Shown: positions 57,355 to 64,000 of the stretch, piece after piece
Layout: each line of letters begins with the position of its first letter
Position numbering within the stretch: position 1 is the stretch's first letter
Assembly: GCA_947462815.1 (NCBI GenBank)
Contig: CANHQR010000007.1
Span: 8,769-72,768, forward strand
Length of the DNA: 64,000 nucleotides
Origin: Pseudobdellovibrionaceae bacterium
Lineage (GTDB): Bacteria > Bdellovibrionota > Bdellovibrionia > Bdellovibrionales > JAMPXM01
Reading direction: 5' to 3'
Notes under the pieces: model-generated
The model's database searches: none
What the model saw: only the letters and a program-made list of their open reading frames with translations
What the model was told of the DNA's origin: nothing
Translations under genes and position numbers: made by a program

Positions 57355-58304
57355 GCGCATCGATGAATGCGCTGGCGATCATCAACGCGGGAGAGGGGAT
57401 CGGTCCGCACGTGACGGATCTCGCCATTCGACAGCTTCTCACATCAACGCGAAATCCAATGAATCGACGGAGACGACATCCGCTCGCTGGCTTCGTCGTG
57501 TTCAGTTCCTTACCGCCGCCAACTGGCATCGTCGCTGAAGCCTCGCCCGAAGGTGCGGTCGCGGCCGCCATGACGGGGCAGCTGAGCTGGTGGCAACACG
57601 GACGACAGGGAGCTGCAGCTGCAGCACTCCGGGCCTTCGAGCTTGCACACGAGGGCATGGTAGACGCCGTGATCACCGGCCCGATTCGCAAAACGAGCTT
57701 TCGTCGCCTGGGGCTGCGCGAGCTCGGACACAACGGCGCGCTGCGCGAGGTGTTTGGCTACAATCCCGTGCAAGGGTATGCGGGTCCGGAACTGAATCTT
57801 GTTCTCGCCACAGATCATATTGCACTTTCGAAAGTGCCCCGTGCTCTTTCAGCGCCCTGTCTTCGTCGCGCTCTATCGGCGGCTCAAGAGTTGCGGGCAG
57901 GGCTTGCGACTAAAAAGCGTCAACTGCCGCTCGCATTTCTCGGACTCAATCCCCACGCCGGCGAAAACGGCTTGATGGGCCGAGAGGAGGCGCGGTTGCA
58001 ACGTCTTTTTGGGCACCAGGCCGTCGGTCCCCTTCCCGCAGACTCCGCCTTCACTCCCCTACAGCGAGACAAGTACTCGGTTGTTATTGCCCTGTATCAT
58101 GACCAGGGATTGATTCCCTTTAAGACCCTGCACGGGCAAAACCAGGGCTATCAGATTTCTTTGGGATTGCCGTTCATCCGTACAAGCGTCGATCATGGCA
58201 CCGCGGATGATCTCATAAAGACCGGTCAAGTCCGGCGCGCCGAGGCCGGATCCATGATCGCTGCAATTCTAGGGGCAAATGTTCGAATGCAGGCGAGAGC
58301 CTGA
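57351..58304 (+). CDS. pdxA: 4-hydroxythreonine-4-phosphate dehydrogenase
   Basis: GLNPHAGENGLMGREE, ALYHDQGLIPFK and RTSVDHGTA are present. The start is GTG 57351 (overlapping the surA stop) or ATG 57363. Confidence 0.85.
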   Translation: MSASMNALAIINAGEGIGPHVTDLAIRQLLTSTRNPMNRRRRHPLAGFVVFSSLPPPTGIVAEASPEGAVAAAMTGQLSWWQHGRQGAAAAALRAFELAHEGMVDAVITGPIRKTSFRRLGLRELGHNGALREVFGYNPVQGYAGPELNLVLATDHIALSKVPRALSAPCLRRALSAAQELRAGLATKKRQLPLAFLGLNPHAGENGLMGREEARLQRLFGHQAVGPLPADSAFTPLQRDKYSVVIALYHDQGLIPFKTLHGQNQGYQISLGLPFIRTSVDHGTADDLIKTGQVRRAEAGSMIAAILGANVRMQARA

Positions 58305-58385
58305 CTCGAAGCGACCCCGTTCATCCAAGAGGTCGACACGGAGTTCTTGGCGCGGTTCAGAGTATAGCATAGCGAGGTAAATACT

Positions 58386-59759
58386 ATGATGAAGTCTGTG
58401 ATCTTTCGTGAGTATGACATCCGCGGCGTGGTCGGCGCGGACTACGATGACGCCTTTGCTGAAGACCTGGGGCGAGCCTACGTCAGCTTTTACGCCAAGC
58501 GCTTTGATCAGAAGCGACCGCGCGTGGCCCTCGGCTGCGATGCTCGCTTATCTTCCCCTTCGCTGGTGAAGGCACTTGAGACGGGCTTGCGCATGAGTGG
58601 CGCACATGTCGTTCACTTAGGTCTTGTGACCACGCCGATCTCCTATTTTTCAACCTTCGAGGGCGGCGTCGATGGCGCCATCATGGTCACCGGCTCCCAC
58701 AATCCGCCTGAGTATAATGGATTTAAGATTAGCGTCGGCAAATCGACCATTTTTGGCGATGATATTCAGCGACTTCGGGAAATCATCGAAGCCCGCGACT
58801 ATGTCAGTGGCCAGGGTGGCATCAGTGACTTCGACATCTTCCCAACCTATCTCGAGCGCTACAAAAAAGAGTTCGGCAACACCTTCCGCGGCGGCGAACC
58901 CATCGGCGTCGTATTGGATTGTGGCAACGGTGCGGGCGGATGCATCGCTCGTCGTCTGTATGAGGCCGTCGGTCTGCAGCCGACAATTCTTTTCGAAGAG
59001 CCGGACGGACGCTTCCCCAACCATCATCCCGATCCGACTGTTGAGGAGAATCTCGATGCCCTGAAAGCCGAGGTCGTAAAACGCGGCGCGAAGATCGGCA
59101 TCGGCTTTGATGGAGACGCAGATCGCATCGGCATTGTCGACGATAAAGGTCGATTCATTCTCGGCGACGAAATGATGATGCTGATCTCTCGCGCTGTCCT
59201 GATGGAAAATCCTGGCGCCACGATCATAGGCGATGTGAAGTGTTCAGATCGACTTTATGACGACATTCGATCTCGCGGCGGTCGCGCCGTCATGTGGAAG
59301 ACAGGTCACTCCCTGATTAAATCGAAAGTTAAGGAAGAGAAGGCGCCCTTTGGAGGCGAGCTTTCTGGTCACGTATTCTTTAACGATCGCAATTACGGCT
59401 ACGACGATGCGCCCTATGCCGGACTTCGTTTGGTCGAGATCCTTGCGAAGTCGGGAAAAAGCATCGCGCAGTTGCTCGAGGGGCTACCAAGCGCTTTCAA
59501 CACTCCTGAAATTCGAATTGATACGACCGAAGACAAGAAGCGCTCCATCGTTGAGGCTTTGAAGACGAAGTTCAAAGATTCACCTGATCGGAAGGTGAAT
59601 CTCATCGACGGCATTCGTATCAGCTACGCCGATGGATGGGCCCTGGCTCGGGCCTCGAACACTCAGCCGGTTCTCGTGTTGCGCTTTGAGAGTCATACCG
59701 CGGCAGGGCTCGAGCGAATCCGTCGCGAGGTCGAAGCCGTCGTCAATCCGCTCCTCTAG
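58386..59759 (+). CDS. Phosphomannomutase/phosphoglucomutase (alpha-D-phosphohexomutase family)
   Basis: Active-site Ser loop VTGSHNPPEYNGFK, metal loop GIGFDGDADR and sugar loop GGELSGH are present. Confidence 0.85.
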   Translation: MMKSVIFREYDIRGVVGADYDDAFAEDLGRAYVSFYAKRFDQKRPRVALGCDARLSSPSLVKALETGLRMSGAHVVHLGLVTTPISYFSTFEGGVDGAIMVTGSHNPPEYNGFKISVGKSTIFGDDIQRLREIIEARDYVSGQGGISDFDIFPTYLERYKKEFGNTFRGGEPIGVVLDCGNGAGGCIARRLYEAVGLQPTILFEEPDGRFPNHHPDPTVEENLDALKAEVVKRGAKIGIGFDGDADRIGIVDDKGRFILGDEMMMLISRAVLMENPGATIIGDVKCSDRLYDDIRSRGGRAVMWKTGHSLIKSKVKEEKAPFGGELSGHVFFNDRNYGYDDAPYAGLRLVEILAKSGKSIAQLLEGLPSAFNTPEIRIDTTEDKKRSIVEALKTKFKDSPDRKVNLIDGIRISYADGWALARASNTQPVLVLRFESHTAAGLERIRREVEAVVNPLL

Positions 59760-59811
59760 TTTTAGGCCCGATAAGGACCCAGGGGTCCTCAAGAAGACTA
59801 AGGAATCCCAT

Positions 59812-62415
59812 ATGGATTTAGATCACATTGTGGTACGCGGTGCGCGGGAGCACAATCTCAAGAACATCACCTTGAGAATTCCGCGCAACAAGTTGAGCGT
59901 CATCACCGGACTTAGCGGATCCGGGAAATCCAGCCTCGCTTTCGATACGATCTATGCAGAAGGCCAAAGGCGCTACGTCGATTCACTTTCGACCTACGCC
60001 CGACAGTTTCTTGAAAAACTCAAAAAGCCCGAGGTCGACTCGATCTCAGGACTAAGTCCGGCTATTGCGATTGATCAAAAGTCCGTCGGACTGAACCCAA
60101 GATCGACGGTCGGCACCGTCACAGAAATTTACGATTACTTGCGGCTGCTTTTTGCGCGGGTGGGTGAGGCGCGATGCCCGAAACACCATGTTCCGGTAAC
60201 GGGACGAAATCCCGATCAAATCATCGATGACATCCTCTCTCGACCTGCGGGTCACAAATTGATTCTTCTTGCCCCCGTGGTTCAGGGAAAAAAGGGCGAG
60301 TTCTCTCAAGAGATTCAAAAGTGGATCAAGCAGGGCTACATTCAAGCCCGGATCGACGGCGAAATTGTCGAGCTGACCGGGGTTAAAAAGCTCGCCAAAA
60401 CCAAAGTTCACGAGATTGACTTGGTCATCGACAAGTTGATCATCAAGTCAGGCTTACGAACACGTGTCGCCGAAAGTGTACATTCCGCCCTACGACTTGG
60501 CGGAGGATCACTCGCCCTTCTCGAAAACAACACGCGGACCCAACACTCGATCACCGCCGCTTGTCCTCAGTGCGGCTTCTCATTCCCAGAGCTCGAACCA
60601 AGATTCTTCTCTTTTAACAATCCACGAGGCGCTTGCACGACTTGCCATGGATTAGGAACAGTGGACATTGAAGAAGTCGAGCGGACAGACTACGGCGGAC
60701 CCGATGCCCATAACTCCTTTCGAAGCGTGAGTTACAGAATTTCAGATCGAGTAAAGCGCGCTTCGGACGCCGAAGACGATGAGGATGGCGTGGATCAGAT
60801 GGCCATGCGTCCCTGTCCGGACTGCCAGGGCGATCGACTGCGCGAGGAGGCTAGAAACGTCTTTGTTTCCAACAGGACAATTACAGAATTGGCCGCTCTT
60901 CCGGCAGAGGATCTCCTCCAGCTCTTTGCCTCAACTCAATGGGCGCCCAAGCAGTCACCTGTCGCCGAAAAGATCATGATTCAAATTCAGGATCGGCTGC
61001 GCTACCTCACGCGCGTTGGTGCGGGCTATCTCTCCTTGAATCGACCAACACGGACGCTTTCCGGTGGCGAAAACCAGCGCATTCGCTTGGCTTCGCAGGT
61101 CGGCTCTGCACTCGTTGGAATTCTCTACGTACTCGACGAGCCCTCGATCGGTCTCCATCCCAGAGACCATCATCGTCTCCTCTCGATTTTGAGAGAGCTA
61201 CGTGATTTGGGAAATACGATTCTGTTGGTCGAACACGATGAAGACACAATTCGCACAGCCGATCACGTGATCGATATAGGCCCAAGGGCAGGAAAAGGTG
61301 GAGGAGAGATTATTGCCGAAGGGACCCCCGAGGAAATCGCGAACTCAGCGAGAAGCACGACGGGAATGTATCTCTCCGGTCGTAAGCGAATTCCTGTGCC
61401 CGAAGTTCGCCGAAAAGGCAGCGGGCAAAAGCTTCGGATTCGTGGAGCTACAGGTAATAACCTGCGCGACCTCGACGTGAGTTTGCCATTGGGGTGTCTC
61501 ATTTCCGTCACCGGCGTGTCGGGTTCGGGAAAGTCCACCCTCATCATGGACACATTGTATAGAGCACTTGCGAACAAGTTTTACCGTGCCCAGTGGACCG
61601 TATCGCCTCACAAGGAGATTCTCGGAATCGACCAGCTCGACAAGGTCATCGACATCAATCAGAATCCGATTGGTCGAACTCCGCGATCGACACCGGCAAC
61701 ATACACGGGCCTCTTCCCGCTCATACGAGATCTCTTTGCCTCGCTGCCGGACTCTAAAGTGCGTGGATATGCTCCAGGTCGATTCAGCTTTAATGTCAAA
61801 GGGGGACGATGCGAGGCCTGCCAAGGAGCGGGCCAGGTTCGAGTTGAAATGCATTTTCTCAGCGATGTGTTTGTCGAATGCGACACTTGCCGTGGCCTTC
61901 GCTACAACAAGGAGACTCTCGCAATTCAGTACAAGGGCAAGAATATTGCCTCCGTGTTGAATATGACGGTGGCCGAGGCTTTACCTTTTTTCGAAAATCA
62001 CTCGGCGATCAAGCGGAAGCTCGACACGCTGGCGCAGGTTGGTCTCGAGTATATCTCGCTTGGGCAAAACTCGACGACCCTCTCCGGCGGCGAAGCCCAG
62101 AGAGTGAAGCTTTCCAAGGAGCTCTCCAAAAGGGGCACCGGCCGAACGCTCTATATTCTCGACGAACCAACAACGGGACTACACTTTGATGACATCGCTA
62201 AGCTTGTCGAGCTCCTGCATCGCCTCGTCGAACAGGGCAACACCGTGCTCGTCATCGAGCACAACATGGATGTCGTAAAGGCGAGCGACTGGGTCATCGA
62301 CCTAGGGCCGGAGGGCGGCTCACGGGGGGGACAGATCGTCGCTGAAGGCCCGCCTGAAGTCGTAGCGAAATCCAAACAAAGTGAGACAGCTCGCTTCCTC
62401 AGGCCGCTCCTCTAG
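59812..62415 (+). CDS. uvrA: Excinuclease ABC subunit A (UvrA), shorter than usual
   Basis: The protein begins [53 protein letters not shown]. It has two ABC modules (second Walker [10 protein letters not shown]; signatures LSGGENQR and LSGGEAQR) and Zn modules (CPKH/CPQC, CTTC/CPDC, CEAC/CDTC). It is 867 aa from ATG 59812; the track ORF's 60 upstream codons overlap the previous gene. Confidence 0.95.
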   Translation: MDLDHIVVRGAREHNLKNITLRIPRNKLSVITGLSGSGKSSLAFDTIYAEGQRRYVDSLSTYARQFLEKLKKPEVDSISGLSPAIAIDQKSVGLNPRSTVGTVTEIYDYLRLLFARVGEARCPKHHVPVTGRNPDQIIDDILSRPAGHKLILLAPVVQGKKGEFSQEIQKWIKQGYIQARIDGEIVELTGVKKLAKTKVHEIDLVIDKLIIKSGLRTRVAESVHSALRLGGGSLALLENNTRTQHSITAACPQCGFSFPELEPRFFSFNNPRGACTTCHGLGTVDIEEVERTDYGGPDAHNSFRSVSYRISDRVKRASDAEDDEDGVDQMAMRPCPDCQGDRLREEARNVFVSNRTITELAALPAEDLLQLFASTQWAPKQSPVAEKIMIQIQDRLRYLTRVGAGYLSLNRPTRTLSGGENQRIRLASQVGSALVGILYVLDEPSIGLHPRDHHRLLSILRELRDLGNTILLVEHDEDTIRTADHVIDIGPRAGKGGGEIIAEGTPEEIANSARSTTGMYLSGRKRIPVPEVRRKGSGQKLRIRGATGNNLRDLDVSLPLGCLISVTGVSGSGKSTLIMDTLYRALANKFYRAQWTVSPHKEILGIDQLDKVIDINQNPIGRTPRSTPATYTGLFPLIRDLFASLPDSKVRGYAPGRFSFNVKGGRCEACQGAGQVRVEMHFLSDVFVECDTCRGLRYNKETLAIQYKGKNIASVLNMTVAEALPFFENHSAIKRKLDTLAQVGLEYISLGQNSTTLSGGEAQRVKLSKELSKRGTGRTLYILDEPTTGLHFDDIAKLVELLHRLVEQGNTVLVIEHNMDVVKASDWVIDLGPEGGSRGGQIVAEGPPEVVAKSKQSETARFLRPLL

Positions 62416-62509
62416 ATGCAAAACTGTCGGCTGCTCTGCAATCTTAAGACGTAAGAGCTCGCCCGGTTTCTGGCCTTTTCTCTAAGGCCAGGGGCGCCGA
62501 TGCGAAGTT

Positions 62510-64000
62510 ATGTCTGTACGTAAACCGCCCATTTTGATGCACGTTACCCAAGGCATATTTTGGGCCGCCATCACTTTCTCGGGCGGACCCGCGGCGGCGG
62601 GCGATTGCGGCCTAAACGATGTTGTACCCGGGCAGTTCTTAGTTACTGAACTCTCCTCGAGCTCGAAATCCAAAGGGTCATCCCTCAAGCATCTCAAGTC
62701 CTCGCAAATCAAACTCTTGGCTCAGTTTTCGAAATCAAATCAAGTCATAGCGACTTATGTTGTTCAACTCTCCGCCCAGGAAGTCGCACAACTCAAATCG
62801 AAGGGTGACCTGCAAGTTGAACCCGATTGCTATGTGCGCCCGCAAAGCCTGAGAGATCCCCACTGGGCCAACGCTTTGCAAAGCTCGAGCTTCCAATGGC
62901 CGAGCCGAGAGCTGCTCACGTCTCCGATCCTAATTGCCGTTGTCGACACGGGCGTTGAAATTGAACACGAAGACCTCATCTCGCAACTTTGGATCAATGC
63001 GTTAGAGGCCAATGGCACAGCCGGGGTCGATGACGACGGCAATGGGTGCGTGGATGATTTGCATGGTTGTGACTTTTCTCCGGCCTTTGGTGAAATCGAT
63101 GGAGACCCAAGGCCTGGCCAATATGCTGGGGCCGAACATGGAACTCATGTCGCTGGCCTAGCTCTCGCGACCAAGAATGCACGCGGCTCGGAAGGCTTAG
63201 CACCATTTGCCCGTTTGATGGCCGTGAAGGCGTTTCCTGATCACTCGACCGACGGCAAGCTTTCAGACCTACTCAGCGGTGTCTACTATGCGGCTCGCCA
63301 AGGAGCAAAGATCATCAACTGTTCCTGGGGATTAGCTCGTCCTCCCGGCCGGGCGGAGCTTGAAGCCTTCCACTATGCCGTCTCACAGGGTGCGCTGCCC
63401 ATTGTCGCTGCAGGCAACGCGGGCATGGACGCAAGAAGCTTTTCGCCTGCGGCATTACCTCACGTCTTGACCGTTGGTTCGATCAATTCGCTCGGGCACC
63501 GATCAGCATTTTCAAACTTTTCCTCGACACTGCCTGGATCCCCGCGAATGGTCTATGCGCCAGGAGGCGACTCTGTAAGTCGTGGTGGATCCCTAGACGA
63601 GTACCTAGTCTCAACATGGATTAAGAACTCTTACGGAGGCCTAAGAGGAACGAGTATGTCTACGCCACTCGTCTCCGGCGTCGCGGCCTGGATCGCCGCA
63701 CTTCGTCCCGATTTAACACCGCTTGATTGGCGCGAGATCATCTACAGTTCCGCCGACTCACATCAAGTTGTTCGACCGCAGATTGCCGTGGAGCTTTCTC
63801 TGACTTGGCGAAGTGGTTCTCAGCTGCCAAGCGAGCTTCCCCCAGCGCCAACCGCCGATGAGGCGACTTCCTTCAATACATCAAGCCCCTCTGCAGAATC
63901 CTGCGCCCTTCTCGCAAATGCCAAAAGTCCATCGTTGCCGATTGAGTCGTCACGCTCAGGATTTCTACTTCTGCTTGTTCCTGTCATGATGGCTTGGTTT
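62510..64000 (+). CDS. Subtilisin-like serine protease (S8), 3'-partial (runs off window)
   Basis: This ORF is absent from the ORF track because there is no stop in the window. I translated it by hand from ATG 62510 and found no in-frame stop to 64000. It has an I9-like propeptide, VVDTGVEIEHEDL, DDDGNGCVDD, EHGTHVAGLA and GTSMSTPLVSGVAAWI. The last visible residues are hydrophobic (SGFLLLLVPVMMAWF). Confidence 0.85.
   Translation, partial: MSVRKPPILMHVTQGIFWAAITFSGGPAAAGDCGLNDVVPGQFLVTELSSSSKSKGSSLKHLKSSQIKLLAQFSKSNQVIATYVVQLSAQEVAQLKSKGDLQVEPDCYVRPQSLRDPHWANALQSSSFQWPSRELLTSPILIAVVDTGVEIEHEDLISQLWINALEANGTAGVDDDGNGCVDDLHGCDFSPAFGEIDGDPRPGQYAGAEHGTHVAGLALATKNARGSEGLAPFARLMAVKAFPDHSTDGKLSDLLSGVYYAARQGAKIINCSWGLARPPGRAELEAFHYAVSQGALPIVAAGNAGMDARSFSPAALPHVLTVGSINSLGHRSAFSNFSSTLPGSPRMVYAPGGDSVSRGGSLDEYLVSTWIKNSYGGLRGTSMSTPLVSGVAAWIAALRPDLTPLDWREIIYSSADSHQVVRPQIAVELSLTWRSGSQLPSELPPAPTADEATSFNTSSPSAESCALLANAKSPSLPIESSRSGFLLLLVPVMMAWF

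Noticed and set aside
62482-63206. Minus-strand ORFs 62482..62712, 62830..63042 and 62994..63206 listed in the track.
   Set aside because: They lie antisense to a hand-translated plus-strand S8 protease with an intact catalytic triad that is open to the end of the window.
1-64000. Whole-window search for a defence island, prophage, secretion system or biosynthetic gene cluster.
   Set aside because: No integrase, transposase, phage structural gene, restriction/modification gene, Cas gene, toxin-antitoxin pair, NRPS/PKS or secretion ATPase cluster was recognised. The gene content and operon organisation are those of a core chromosome.

Overview
This 64-kb window is a compact, almost fully coding stretch of a Gram-negative chromosome, with about 58 protein genes on both strands. 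By eye it is moderately GC-rich (roughly mid-50s %; not computed).

The content is overwhelmingly core housekeeping:
- A long minus-strand cluster runs rng-rplU-rpmA-obg-nadD/rsfS-rlmH-comF-(LolA-like)-yajQ-rimO.
- pilT stands alone.
- A nucleoside-salvage operon (deoC-deoA-punA) is followed by asnS.
- A propionyl-CoA carboxylase / methylmalonyl-CoA mutase cluster follows.
- An MltD-like lytic transglycosylase converges on an 878-aa unknown envelope protein.
- Further on come tal and (LptM-like)-dapF-dapA-dapB.
- Then ftsK, queE, a Fis-family gene and dnaB.
- Then rpsF-(DUF2232)-rplI.
- sdhCAB sits divergent from etfBA.
- Three tandem parvulin/SurA genes precede pdxA, followed by a phosphomanno/glucomutase and uvrA.
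- Three subtilisin-like (S8) proteases are present; the last runs off the 3' edge.

I found no rRNA, tRNA, CRISPR array, transposase, integrase or recognisable defence or toxin-antitoxin module. The single-subunit cytochrome-b SdhC, the abundance of secreted subtilases and the gene order suggest a Bdellovibrionota or 'delta-proteobacterial'-type lineage. That is a low-confidence inference.

I do not see a clear novel multi-gene system. The items most worth a second look are:
- a small orphan protein carrying an exact QLSLF sliding-clamp-binding motif (47089-47445);
- an in-frame NadD-RsfS fusion;
- two ~0.5-kb ORF-poor, AT-richer spacers flanking the Fis-like gene upstream of dnaB;
- a tandem palindromic repeat in the sdh/etf divergent promoter region;
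- an rpsF operon that lacks rpsR but has a repeat-rich leader;
- the 878-aa membrane-anchored unknown protein;
- a UvrA with a much shortened insertion domain.

The ORF track translates alternative start codons (GTG/TTG) as M. Several starts were re-placed using Shine-Dalgarno sequences and start/stop overlaps read directly from the DNA.
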